From Blastocatellia bacterium (GTDB taxonomy: Bacteria; Acidobacteriota; Blastocatellia; UBA7656), in the NCBI GenBank assembly GCA_963765495.1, contig CAVXWP010000007.1, positions 768,001-832,000 of the forward strand: a DNA stretch of 64,000 nt. Reading direction: 5' to 3'. Under the pieces are notes generated by a model that ran no database searches, had not been told where the DNA came from, and saw only the letters and a program-made list of their open reading frames with translations. Positions 50,738-60,673 of this stretch are shown here, piece by piece (position 1 is the stretch's first letter; every line of letters begins with the position of its first letter). The position numbers and the translations under genes are program-made.

Positions 50738-51940
50738 TCATCGTGTCCAGTCGCCTGTTAAGCGAGAGCCTTCCATTGTGAGGCTGGAATAGCGAATATT
50801 GCGGCCGGTCGCGCGGTCTTGCATGACAAGACCCGGCTCGTTTGCCATCTCGCGTATCTCGCGCCATTGATCGAGGGGCACGGCGGTAAAGGCGCGGACT
50901 ACATCGGGGTCGAAATGTTTACCGGAGCAATTGAGAAGCTCCTCGGCGGCCGTATCAAACGGACGGCCCTTGCGATAAGGGCGGTCGGATGTGATCGCGT
51001 CTACCGCGTCGGCTACGGAAAATATGCGAGCGCCCAGGCAGATCAAATCGCCGTCGAGGCGGCTTGGATAGCCGCTGCCGTCGTAGCGTTCGTGGTGCTG
51101 GGCTACGATTTGCGTAGCGCCTTCAAGAAAATCTATACCGCGCAAAATCTGAGCGCCGTATTCAACGTGGCGGCGCATATATGTCCATTCGTCTTCGGTG
51201 AGCGCCCCGCGTTTTAGCAGGATCGCATCCGGCACCCCGATCTTGCCTATGTCGTGCAGGAGTGCTCCGTGCTCAAGCGTAATCAAATCCCGGTTCTTGA
51301 GCCCTATCTCTTTGCCCAGGCGCATGCAGTAAGCCACCACGCGCTCGGAATGTCCCTTCGTCTCGACATCGCGAGCTTCAAGCGCGGCGGCCAGCGAACG
51401 CATGGTTGCGCGATAATTGAGGTAGAGCTTCTCAAGCGTGGTATTCAAATTGACATTGGCCACGCTCAATTCCTGAGTGCGAAGACTGACAAGGTCTTCA
51501 AGATGTTGCTCGTATTGTTGATTGGCTTTTAGCACAGCCTGATGACGGAGGGCGCGCTGGACGGCTGTCTCTACATCCGATAAATTGAACGGCTTGGTCA
51601 CATAATCGAATGCGCCGCGCCGCATCGCTTCTATGGCGCTCTGGATGTTGAGATTCCCCGAAATCAGCACCACGACCGTTTCGCGGCTGCATTGCATGAT
51701 GTGTTCGAGCAGTTCCAGCCCGCTCATCCCCGGCATCATTATATCGGAGAGCACCAGGTCGTAGGTCTCTTCTTTCAGATACTCGATTGCTTCAACGGCG
51801 CTTGTGGCAGTCTTGCATTCGTAGTTTTCCGATAAGAGCGTGTGAAGGACCGAGAGTACGTTTGGCTCGTCGTCTATTATCAATATCTTGGCCGGCTTGT
51901 TTGGCCTGTAGATCAAAGAAGGTTCAATAGAATCAATCAT
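50738..51940 (-). CDS. REC + HD-GYP c-di-GMP phosphodiesterase (RpfG-like)
   Basis: REC, TKGHSERV, LHDIGKIG, HHERYDGSGYP, DRPYR, HFDP. Confidence 0.92.
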   Translation of the reverse strand: MIDSIEPSLIYRPNKPAKILIIDDEPNVLSVLHTLLSENYECKTATSAVEAIEYLKEETYDLVLSDIMMPGMSGLELLEHIMQCSRETVVVLISGNLNIQSAIEAMRRGAFDYVTKPFNLSDVETAVQRALRHQAVLKANQQYEQHLEDLVSLRTQELSVANVNLNTTLEKLYLNYRATMRSLAAALEARDVETKGHSERVVAYCMRLGKEIGLKNRDLITLEHGALLHDIGKIGVPDAILLKRGALTEDEWTYMRRHVEYGAQILRGIDFLEGATQIVAQHHERYDGSGYPSRLDGDLICLGARIFSVADAVDAITSDRPYRKGRPFDTAAEELLNCSGKHFDPDVVRAFTAVPLDQWREIREMANEPGLVMQDRATGRNIRYSSLTMEGSRLTGDWTR

Positions 51941-52188
51941 CGGCGTTTCCTTAGATTTTCATCTCAACGACCGACGCCCGAAAACTTCCCACGAGTGGCG
52001 GCGAGCTTCTGAGTCACACCAACTGCTGTAGGGCACAATCAAAACATCGGTACATCCTGAGAAAATCCGACAGAAAGCATTCAGTTATCAGAGGGGGACG
52101 GGCCGATATTAGTACATAGGCACTGCTTTTGCAACACTATTTTTCCGCTGACACTTACAGGCAGAAGACTTGTTTGCGGCGCTCTCTG

Positions 52189-54876
52189 TCACTCCGCGTA
52201 ATCGAGGAAGGTATGGATATTGGCATCACCCACTATGAAGATGTATTCCCGCGAGCCTATTCGAACCCTTGTCAAACCTTCGGGCTTCATCCTGGCATCG
52301 AGAGTTGCCACCTCGGAAGGAACCGAGTCGGCATTCGACTGATCCGCGCTGCCGTTCCATTCCCAGAGCCTGAAATCGGGCCTGCCCGAACTTGCCTTTG
52401 TCTGGCTCTCTGTCCCGCCCGATATCAGCAAAAATGATTTCAGGTGGCTGTCGTACTGTATGTCCCGGATGCCCGCTCCGGCAAGCGATAGCTTTATCAA
52501 GTGCGGCTCTGGAACTGTAATATTCTGGGCAGAGAAGGGCGCGCGCGGGTCTTTGATCTTGAGCGGAATGATCAGCGCATCGCCTTCTATAAGCGGCGAG
52601 CGCAACCCGAGCAGCAGTTGCTCGTGTGTGGGGTCGTAGGCAATCCCCTCGATATTGAGGCCGTCTTTAGCGCCCGGCTTATCGCCTATATCTTTCAATT
52701 CCGGCACATTGGCAAGCAGGAAATCGCGGAGGTTCGGTATGACCTCCGCCTGCCCTCGGATGGTCTGGCTTGCGGGATCAAAAGCGAATTGCACAATTGA
52801 GTTCTTATGCCCGAACTGAGGATCGGATTGAGAACCAACTATGTAAAAGTAGGTTCCGCTTGGAGTCGAGGTTATCGCCTCGGGGTCGGCCACCTCCACG
52901 CCCAGAGGAATTGGAACTATTGCGCCTACCTGATTGCCCGTCTCGTTGAGCTGCACCCAGTAGACCTTATCCCACGTCCCGTCAGAGATAAAAAGCACGC
53001 CGTCGGTTCCCGGAACCATCACGACGCCGGAAGGCTCGTATGTGCCGCCTTCAAAGGCCGCGCTCGCGCTCGCCTGATCTATTTTTATCTTGGCCTTGCC
53101 TTTCGAGTTTGTCGAGATCATTTGCTTGCCCGAATCCTGGCCCGAACGCATGGAACTGTTTACATATAGGGCCAGCAATACGGCAAGGACTACGCCAAGC
53201 ACCTGAGCGACTATTCGGCTGAGCCCACTGATGTAGGCGGCTTTGAGCCGATCATCCTTCTTCTTCTTCTTCTTCTTCTTTTCCGTATCGCCTTCGGCAA
53301 CAATCTCCGGGTCGGCCTGCAAAGGGATTGCCGCAAGAGGAGAAGCCGCCGGAGGCGGAGCGACGGGAGCGGGCGAAATATCAACGGGTGGGCTAGCGGG
53401 TGGCGCAGGCGGCGTGCCTCCGCTAACTGGCAATTGCGGCTGACCTGCCAGACCTGCGCGATGGCGCACCTCTTCGAGAGCTTCCTTTGAGAGTATCGCC
53501 GTCTGGTTCTCCGTCGTCTCGACAGGGTTGCGGAAGGTCAGGACCGTCTTGCCCAGTTGTACGGCGTCGCCGTGTCTGAGCGTGCGCGCATGTGTGCTCA
53601 ATTGTTCGCCGTTGACAAAGGTGCCGTTGCGGCTTCCCAGATCGACTATGCTGTACCCGCCGTCGCGCATGAGTATGACCGCGTGAGTGTTGCTGACGGT
53701 AGGATCGGTCAAAATAATGTGATTGTGCGGAGCCTTGCCAATCTCTACGTCGCTGTGCGTGATCGTGTATTCAAGCGTCTCGCCCGAAGGCAGGGCTCCG
53801 ATCAGTTTCGGCCCATAATGGCGGGCAATCTGCTCGGCGATTTCGGTTGAAGTGGCGATGCGCACATCCACGGGCAGCTTCATTTCGCGTTTTACGTTTT
53901 CGACCGCGTCCGTATTTGTAGGATCGGCCACGGCCAGAATCAACCGGCCCGCTTCCACAGCAACCGCCATCAAGCGATAGCGCGAGGCGAGAGGCGAAGG
54001 GAACTTTGCCGCAAGACTCTCTTCGATCTGCGCTCCCTTCAAATCAATGGTCGGTATTCGGAAAATGCGGCTCATAAAATCACGGAGCACCACTTCGTCG
54101 ACCAGCCGGTCTTCGACCAGCGCCTGATGAAGCCGTCGTCGCTTTGGGCTCTCTCCACGCAGCCGCTCTATCACGGCATCCGAAACAATCCCTTCGGCAA
54201 TGAGTGCGGAAGCAAGCGAATCTTCGCTCAGAGGAGGAGGCAGCACGCTCTGCAAATCGGCTGCTTCGATAGCGCCGGTCTCGCTGTGATCGCCGAGGCG
54301 AAATGTCACCTTTGACAAACCCATGCCTATCACATCGCCGTGCGCCAGTATGTGCGGTTCGTTTATCCGTTCGCCGTTGACGAAGGTGCCGTTGCGGCTT
54401 CCCACGTCTGTTACGCTATAGACGCTGCCTTCGAGGCGGATCAACGCGTGTGAGGTCGAAACTGCCGGGTCGGCTATCACTATGTCGTTGCGCGGCCCCT
54501 TGCCCATCTGGGTCTCAAGCCGTTCGATCTCGCGATCAAAGGCATCGCCCGAGGGAAGCAGCACCCGCAATATGGCCTTCTGCTCGGTCTTGCGATTTGG
54601 TTCCGTGGAATCGAATGTGATGTCGAGAGAATCAATGACGACCGTTGGTGTGGAGCGTCCTATAGGCTTTGATTCCCTGCCTGATGATCCTGTTTTAGGA
54701 GAAGAAGAGGGCGGTGACTGGTCGGACCTCGGGGCGGCAGATGGAGCCATCGCCGACGCACCGTTTTCGGTCTTTAATGATTCGTAGAAATTGCGCAGAT
54801 CATTACCGCAACGATAGCAAAACTGCTGTCGCTCTGATTTGATGGGTGATTTACATTGCGGGCACTCGAGTGTCAT
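52189..54876 (-). CDS. Zn-ribbon-FHA-T2SSE_N(MshEN-like)-FHA-TM-beta-propeller (DUF3616-like) protein
   Basis: CPQC...CYRC; two FHA domains (HA...D.GSRNGTFVNG); LAVADP T2SSE_N motif; poly-Lys then TM; EPSG/DPEAI/GLNIEG/LGLRSP/KPEG repeats. Confidence 0.82.
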   Translation of the reverse strand: MTLECPQCKSPIKSERQQFCYRCGNDLRNFYESLKTENGASAMAPSAAPRSDQSPPSSSPKTGSSGRESKPIGRSTPTVVIDSLDITFDSTEPNRKTEQKAILRVLLPSGDAFDREIERLETQMGKGPRNDIVIADPAVSTSHALIRLEGSVYSVTDVGSRNGTFVNGERINEPHILAHGDVIGMGLSKVTFRLGDHSETGAIEAADLQSVLPPPLSEDSLASALIAEGIVSDAVIERLRGESPKRRRLHQALVEDRLVDEVVLRDFMSRIFRIPTIDLKGAQIEESLAAKFPSPLASRYRLMAVAVEAGRLILAVADPTNTDAVENVKREMKLPVDVRIATSTEIAEQIARHYGPKLIGALPSGETLEYTITHSDVEIGKAPHNHIILTDPTVSNTHAVILMRDGGYSIVDLGSRNGTFVNGEQLSTHARTLRHGDAVQLGKTVLTFRNPVETTENQTAILSKEALEEVRHRAGLAGQPQLPVSGGTPPAPPASPPVDISPAPVAPPPAASPLAAIPLQADPEIVAEGDTEKKKKKKKKDDRLKAAYISGLSRIVAQVLGVVLAVLLALYVNSSMRSGQDSGKQMISTNSKGKAKIKIDQASASAAFEGGTYEPSGVVMVPGTDGVLFISDGTWDKVYWVQLNETGNQVGAIVPIPLGVEVADPEAITSTPSGTYFYIVGSQSDPQFGHKNSIVQFAFDPASQTIRGQAEVIPNLRDFLLANVPELKDIGDKPGAKDGLNIEGIAYDPTHEQLLLGLRSPLIEGDALIIPLKIKDPRAPFSAQNITVPEPHLIKLSLAGAGIRDIQYDSHLKSFLLISGGTESQTKASSGRPDFRLWEWNGSADQSNADSVPSEVATLDARMKPEGLTRVRIGSREYIFIVGDANIHTFLDYAE

Positions 54877-55098
54877 TTGAATGTTTCTGAACTATAAATT
54901 TAGAAAAATTAAGCTCGCTCCCAGGTTTTTTATACAGCATTGTTATGACCAGCTAAAATACCGCGCTATTATCAATTACAGTATTTGCCTTGTACCCGTC
55001 AACGCCCGATCCCACCTTATTATATAGGCCGCCTTAGCTATAGGCGGCAGTATACCGGCTCATTCTATCAAAAGCAAGAAAGCGCTCGAAAGTTTGTG

Positions 55099-55128
55099 TT
55101 TGACAGCCTCCGGGGGCAGGACTACAAT
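55099..55128 (+). promoter_or_regulatory. Sigma-70 promoter for tatA
   Basis: TTGACA-N18-TACAAT. Confidence 0.55.
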
Positions 55129-55164
55129 CACTTGTGATACTAACAATTTAAGGAGTTATAGCAT

Positions 55165-55401
55165 ATGGGTGGACTTGGATGGCCCGAGATGTTGATAATC
55201 ATACTGATCGTCGTGGTGCTTTTCGGTGCGCGGCGCATACCGGAAGTGGCCAAGGGGCTCGGTGAGGGAATACGCAGTTTCAAGACCGGGTTGCACGGCG
55301 ATGAGAGGCGAGAGATTGAAGATCGCAAATACAACGGCACGCGCCCGGCTGCCGATTCGGAAGAGGCAGAGCGAAGGGAAAGGAATCCCAGATCAGCCTG
55401 A
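55165..55401 (+). CDS. tatA: Twin-arginine translocase TatA/TatE subunit
   Basis: LGWPEMLIIILIVVVLFGARRIPEVAKGLGEGIRSFK; AAGGAG SD. Confidence 0.93.
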   Translation: MGGLGWPEMLIIILIVVVLFGARRIPEVAKGLGEGIRSFKTGLHGDERREIEDRKYNGTRPAADSEEAERRERNPRSA

Positions 55402-55533
55402 ACAATTTATTATAAAATTCTCTCCACAATTTAAGTCCGAAGAAATCAATAAATCAAAGCAATCCTGAAGGAAGCAGGGTAGATGCAGGTTTGCTCGCCT
55501 TCTCGATAATGCGCGCAACAATCTCGCTTACAA

Positions 55534-55941
55534 TCATTCGAACTCATCCGTAAGTGGCTGGCGTCCCGCAAACCCCGCATCTACTTCGTGCCACCAGTTT
55601 ATCTCGTCCTCTTCCGGTTTCCAGCAAAGATAGACGACGCGGCCCTGGCGCTCGTGTGGAAAGTCAACCAGCCCGGTTCGAAAATCCTTGACCAGGACTC
55701 CGATCATCTCCACCTCCTGGACGGCCTCGCTGAAGTTGACAAGGTGTTTCAGATACGTAGGCCCGAGCGGCGAGCCGCCGTTGAGTTCGGCATTCTCTCT
55801 GGCGCGGTCGAGTTCCACGCGCATGTCAAGCAGTGCCTCGCGCTCATTCGATACGCGGGTGAGCAGCTTTCGCAGCCTTGGGATGAGGCTGCGGGCCTCG
55901 CTCACTGTAAAGGTTCTTACTTCTTCCATTTCATCGTACAT
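55534..55941 (-). CDS. DUF2203-family protein
   Basis: FTVSEARSLIP...KD...GLVDFP...VYLCWK..E.I.WWH....GFAGRQP. Confidence 0.85.
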   Translation of the reverse strand: MYDEMEEVRTFTVSEARSLIPRLRKLLTRVSNEREALLDMRVELDRARENAELNGGSPLGPTYLKHLVNFSEAVQEVEMIGVLVKDFRTGLVDFPHERQGRVVYLCWKPEEDEINWWHEVDAGFAGRQPLTDEFE

Positions 55942-56005
55942 TGATGATTTACCTGTTCCAGACCATCGCTTTATGCTGCACCATCAGCTTACGCGTGGTC
56001 AAGTG

Positions 56006-56158
56006 ATGGGGGTCAGGGGCCGGGGGTCGGGGGCCGGTGATTAAATACATCGTATAGTAACTCGGTTGATCTTGCGTTGACTCTGTATCTCAAATCTCAA
56101 ATGAGCAGACCTTAAATCAATTTCTGGACCGGCCCCCGGCCCCCGACCCCCGGCCCCC
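56006..56158. repeat. Heptamer-arm inverted element (GGGGCCR family)
   Basis: GGGGTCA-GGGGCCG-GGGGTCG-GGGGCCG ... CCGGCCC arms; overlaps the GH3 3' end. Confidence 0.9.
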
Positions 56159-57901
56159 TCCAAGGGAATGGCCGATCTCGTAAAAGCCGGGTAGGTCTAT
56201 CGGCAGCTTGCCTTTGAACTCTATCTCGCCGAGGACGGCCCTGAGCGATGCCTCTTCGGCAGCCGGATAGTATTCGTATGCGAGAATATAAGTCGGCAAC
56301 TCGGGCACGAATGCTATCAGATAAGGGCTGCCGTAAAGCACAAAGACAAAGGGTTTCTCAATTGAAGATAAATATTTGAGCAAATCGATTTCGCCTTCGC
56401 TCACATCTATCGAGCCTTTGAAGGCCGAAATTCGAATAAATCCGTTTACGATTACTACATCGGCAAGCAGAGCGAGTTTTCTTATCAGATCAAGCTCGCG
56501 CGGCGCGGTTTGCTCCGTCACATAGACGTTTGTCGTGTTGGCGTGTCTCTGCTTCAAGCCCTCGTAAAATGTGCGGCCCGGCGCGCCGTCACTCCAGCCC
56601 GCGGCGTTGTCTACGATCGTTATAAAGAGGACTTTCTGCTCTTCTGTGAGTTTGAGCGGCAGCACGCTTTTTTTATCGCGCACAAGCGTAATGGCGTTTT
56701 CGATTATCTCTTGAGCCGTCTTTTGATGCTCGCTTGTGCCGAGCATACGGTCTATTTTGTTGATGTCGATCATTCTGTTTTTGTCGAGTCCGAGGCGCGC
56801 CTTGGCCGCCAGTATCCGGCGCACGGACTGATCTATTCGGGCAGTTGTGATCTCGCCCGTTTCGAGTGCGCGCTTTATGGCTGTAAATGTCTGCTCGACG
56901 GTTGGCGGATAGAGGATAATATCCGCACCGGCCTTGATGGCGCGGACGGCCGCCTCGCCTTCCGGGTAGTGGCTTGTTATGCCCTGCATAACCATCGCGT
57001 CCGTGAAGATCACGCCGTCGAATTTCAGATCTCCGCGCAATACCCCGGTCAGCATTTTGGGCGAAAGCGTCGCGGGCAGCCCTTCGGTTTCGATACGCGG
57101 CAGGGCGATGTGCGCGCTCATCACCCCACCGACACCTTCTTCGATGGCGGCTTGAAACGGCGGAAGTTCAATCCGGTCGAGCCGCGCGCGGTCTACGTCT
57201 ATCGCCGGAAGCTCAAGATGAGAATCCACGGAAGTGTCCCCGTGACCGGGGAAGTGCTTGGCCGTAGCCATAACGCCGGCCGATTGTGATCCGCGAATGT
57301 AGGCGCGGGCCATCTCGGAAACCCTCTGCGGGTCGCTGCCAAAGGAACGAATGTTTATGATCGGGTTACGCGCATTATTGTTTACGTCAACGACCGGATA
57401 AAAATTCACATTGATGCCGAGGGCGCGAGCCTCTTCGGCGGTGATGCGACCGGCCTGATATGCCATATCAGGGTTTGCGGTTGCGCCCATTGCCATGCCT
57501 CGCGGCAATCGAGTAGCGCCGAGATAGCGGATTCCGGCTCCGCCCTCGAAATCCGCCGTGATCAAGAGGGGCACTTTAGCCATCTCTTGCATATGATTTA
57601 TCAGGAGCGCGACCCCCGCCGGTTCGTGCCGCGTATTGACTTCGCCAAGCATGTGATAACCGCCTACGTGAAACTCGGTGATGTCGCGACGGATTTGCCG
57701 AAAAGTATCGGTATCTTGCGAAATGAACATTCCGACTACGGCAGGGATTATCAATTGCCCGATCTTCTCATCCACGCTCATGGAACGCAGCGTCTTTTCA
57801 ACCCACGGATCATCGGAGGACATTCGCTTATCTGTCGCGGGCAAATAAGCAAAAACATTTGAAGCGGTAATCATCAAGAACGCGAGCAGTATTCGTCTCA
57901 T
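56117..57901 (-). CDS. GH3 beta-N-acetylhexosaminidase (NagZ-like), secreted
   Basis: EKIGQL, ADFEGG, RSFG, KHFPGHGDT..DSH NagZ motif, FTDAM.M. Confidence 0.9.
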   Translation of the reverse strand: MRRILLAFLMITASNVFAYLPATDKRMSSDDPWVEKTLRSMSVDEKIGQLIIPAVVGMFISQDTDTFRQIRRDITEFHVGGYHMLGEVNTRHEPAGVALLINHMQEMAKVPLLITADFEGGAGIRYLGATRLPRGMAMGATANPDMAYQAGRITAEEARALGINVNFYPVVDVNNNARNPIINIRSFGSDPQRVSEMARAYIRGSQSAGVMATAKHFPGHGDTSVDSHLELPAIDVDRARLDRIELPPFQAAIEEGVGGVMSAHIALPRIETEGLPATLSPKMLTGVLRGDLKFDGVIFTDAMVMQGITSHYPEGEAAVRAIKAGADIILYPPTVEQTFTAIKRALETGEITTARIDQSVRRILAAKARLGLDKNRMIDINKIDRMLGTSEHQKTAQEIIENAITLVRDKKSVLPLKLTEEQKVLFITIVDNAAGWSDGAPGRTFYEGLKQRHANTTNVYVTEQTAPRELDLIRKLALLADVVIVNGFIRISAFKGSIDVSEGEIDLLKYLSSIEKPFVFVLYGSPYLIAFVPELPTYILAYEYYPAAEEASLRAVLGEIEFKGKLPIDLPGFYEIGHSLGGGRGSGAGGRSRN

Positions 57902-57913
57902 AAAAATCTTTCT

Positions 57914-58084
57914 TGGGGGCCAGGGGCCAGGGGCCGGGGGCCGGTTCAGAAATTGATTTCTCTTCTACTCATCAGAGATTTGAAAGCTCAAATCTCAAAT
58001 ACGAAACCTGCAAAAGATCGACCGACTTACTACTGACCAGTGACCACCGATCACCGGCCCCCGGCCCCCGGCCCCTGGCCCCCC
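57914..58084. repeat. Heptamer-arm inverted element (GGGGCCR family), inverted copy of 56006-56158
   Basis: GGGGGCCGGTTCAGAAATTGATTT matches the reverse complement of 56113-56136 at 23/24 positions. Confidence 0.9.
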
Positions 58085-59883
58085 ATCATGGCTTCTTCTC
58101 TGGGGGTCGGCGCATCCTCGGGTGTCTCCCAGCCTGCGCGACCCAGGTTCCATGTGATTGCGGTTCCGGCCAGTAATCCTACAACTATGAAAACGATCCC
58201 TTTGCTCATCTGGCCAAGTATCACCTCGCCTATGCCGAAAAGAAATGCGTAAACGAGCACGCAGCCAAGCAGCCAGTTTATGATGTTGGGTGTGAGCGGC
58301 TCCCCTTCGGCCACGCCGGATTCGGCAGCTACGTGCCGCCAGCCGCCGCCTCCCGGTCGCACTTTGCGATAGAAGGAGATCAGTTTTTCGCGCGGTTCGG
58401 GAGCGGTGGAAAACGTCACGATCACCCAGACCATCGTTGTGATCGCTACTGTAGCGACGAGCTTATAGGCGAAGAACAGATCGCCTGTCTGTGGGGCCTG
58501 CGGGTCGAGACCGAATAGCGGTGGGCCGAGCCTATCAAGGGTCACAGAGACTATCAGCGCCGATGCCATCGAAGAGATTTCCGACCATGCGTTCACGCGC
58601 CACCAGTACCAGCGCAGAATATACACAAGACCGGTTCCCGCGCCTATACTCAACAGCAGTTGCCAGGTGTCGCGGATGGATTCCAGGGTGAGCGAAAACA
58701 ACCCGGCTACGACGACGAGCAGTGCCGTCGCAAGCCGCGACACAAAGACATAATGGCCTTCGGTAGCGGATTTGTTTACAAAGCGGCGATAGAAATCATT
58801 TATCAAATAAGAACTGCCCCAGTTGAGTTGCGTCGCTATCGTAGACATATAAGCCGCCGCAAATGATGCCATCATCAATCCGAGCAGGCCGCGCGGCAGC
58901 ACATCGAGCATTATTCGAATAAATCCCGATTCTTTATCCGCAAGCGTGGGGTAGAGGACCACCGTGCACAGCGCCGTCACTATCCAGGGCCACGGCCTGA
59001 GCGCGTAATGGGCTACGTTGAACCAGAGCGTGGCAAGCAACCCGTGCTTCTCGTTCTTTGCCGAAAAGATGCGTTGCGCGACGTAGCCGCCGCCGCCCGG
59101 TTCCGCGCCCGGATACCACGACGCCCACCACTGCACTCCGAGGTAAACGGCGAAGGTTGCAGCGGGCAGCCACGGACTATCGAATCCGGGCCACAACCCC
59201 GTAGCCTTGTCCGCGCTCCCGAAATGTTCGCTCACTCCCGCGATCAGGCTGTCCATTCCGCCAACGCGCCGCACGCTGAAGACGGCCAGCACTATGCAAC
59301 CAAACATAGCTATGCAGAATTGCACCGCGTCGGTTACGACTACGCCCCAGAAACCTGAAATCACCACGTAGAGCGCGGTGATGCCGAGACAGAGAAAAGT
59401 AGCCTGCCACGCGTTTATACCGAGCGAGAGGTTGAGCACCTTGACCATAGCCAGAGTCACCCATCCCATGATGATGCAGTTTATCAACAGCCCGAGATAG
59501 ACCGCGCGAAAGCCGCGCAGGAAAGCGGCCGGTCGCCCGGCATAACGCAACTCCGTCAACTCAACATCGGTCATGACACCCGACCTGCGCCAGAGCCGCG
59601 AGAAGAGAAAAACCGTGAGCATTCCGCTCGCTACAAGATTCCACCAGAGCCAGTTTCCGGCCACGCCGTTACTGGCTACGAGCCCTGTGACGACAAGAGG
59701 CGTGTCGGCGGCAAAGGTGGTTGCCACCATCGAAGTCCCGGCAAGCCACCAGGGCATCGAGCGATCCGAAAGAAAAAACTCGTCGGTCGAGCGGCCCGCC
59801 CGCTTTGCATAATAAAGCCCTATTGCCAGCGACAGCCCGAAATAGGCTCCGATGATTGCCCAGTCAACAATTGTGAGTTTCAT
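58051..59883 (-). CDS. Sodium:solute symporter (SSS family)
   Basis: DEFFL..RSMPWWLAGTSMVATTFAADTPL, TDAVQF, AQRI, AAYMST, WYWWRVNA; many TM helices. Confidence 0.92.
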   Translation of the reverse strand: MKLTIVDWAIIGAYFGLSLAIGLYYAKRAGRSTDEFFLSDRSMPWWLAGTSMVATTFAADTPLVVTGLVASNGVAGNWLWWNLVASGMLTVFLFSRLWRRSGVMTDVELTELRYAGRPAAFLRGFRAVYLGLLINCIIMGWVTLAMVKVLNLSLGINAWQATFLCLGITALYVVISGFWGVVVTDAVQFCIAMFGCIVLAVFSVRRVGGMDSLIAGVSEHFGSADKATGLWPGFDSPWLPAATFAVYLGVQWWASWYPGAEPGGGGYVAQRIFSAKNEKHGLLATLWFNVAHYALRPWPWIVTALCTVVLYPTLADKESGFIRIMLDVLPRGLLGLMMASFAAAYMSTIATQLNWGSSYLINDFYRRFVNKSATEGHYVFVSRLATALLVVVAGLFSLTLESIRDTWQLLLSIGAGTGLVYILRWYWWRVNAWSEISSMASALIVSVTLDRLGPPLFGLDPQAPQTGDLFFAYKLVATVAITTMVWVIVTFSTAPEPREKLISFYRKVRPGGGGWRHVAAESGVAEGEPLTPNIINWLLGCVLVYAFLFGIGEVILGQMSKGIVFIVVGLLAGTAITWNLGRAGWETPEDAPTPREEAMMGGQGPGAGGR

Positions 59884-59902
59884 TCGATCTCCCTGAGCGA
59901 TT

Positions 59903-59991
59903 GCGTGATGAGTTGTGCGTATGCGTGAAGCGTGATTAGTGCAAATGACAATCAATTTATGGTAATCTGACCGCTCATTGAGCGCGCATCA
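59903..59991. repeat. Degenerate TGATGCG-family element
   Basis: GCGTGATGAG...GCGTATGCGTGAAGCGTGAT with a weak right arm (CGCATCATGC). Confidence 0.5.
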
Positions 59992-60076
59992 TGCTTTACG
60001 CAACACTGATGTATACTATCTTAGTCGGCGCTTGGCAATTCGACGACAGGCTTTGACTACTGTTTCAGAGGATTAG

Positions 60077-60673
60077 ATGATTAGAAAAATTATTGCAGGT
60101 CTTTCGATGACCGCGCTTCTGTTCAGTCTGAGTTGCGGCGGATCAAAAAACACAAACGCCCCGGCAAACGCCAATACAAACGTCGAGAGCGAGGACTACG
60201 GCGAGATAAACGACACCTGGATAGCCTGGAAAGTCAAAATGGCTCTGATAGCCGACACTCGCACAAGCGGGTTTGAGACCGATGTGGCTTCCAATGATGG
60301 CGCGGTAACGCTTAGCGGCAAAGTTGATGCCCCTGAAGCAAAGTCGGCAGCCGACGAGGTGGCAAAAGCTATCGAGGGCGTCAAGAGTGTGGATAATCAA
60401 CTTCAGGTCGTGCCGGAGGCAAAGCGAGTTCAGGTAGACGCAAAGGATGACAAGATCGTCGAGGCAATCGAAAAAATAACCGGCAATGATCCGAAACTCC
60501 AGAGCCTGACGCTGACTGCCGACAGCGATAACGGTGTGGTCACAATCAACGGAACGGTTGACACTCAGGAAGAACTGCTCGCCTACGCGCAGGCGGTGCG
60601 AAAGATTCCCGGAGTAAAAGCCGTAATAACGGCTCCCGTGATCGTCACTGGCGAGGATAAATCCGGGCAGTAG
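60077..60673 (+). CDS. Double BON-domain lipoprotein (OsmY-like)
   Basis: Lipobox LSC, two BON domains (GAVTLSG.V...GVKSVDNQL; GVVTINGTV...GVKAV). Confidence 0.9.
   Translation: MIRKIIAGLSMTALLFSLSCGGSKNTNAPANANTNVESEDYGEINDTWIAWKVKMALIADTRTSGFETDVASNDGAVTLSGKVDAPEAKSAADEVAKAIEGVKSVDNQLQVVPEAKRVQVDAKDDKIVEAIEKITGNDPKLQSLTLTADSDNGVVTINGTVDTQEELLAYAQAVRKIPGVKAVITAPVIVTGEDKSGQ

Noticed and set aside
52118-52133. Sigma-54-like AGGCAC-N5-TTGCA on the + strand
   Set aside because: Points away from the HD-GYP gene into the 3' end of the FHA gene; no target evident.
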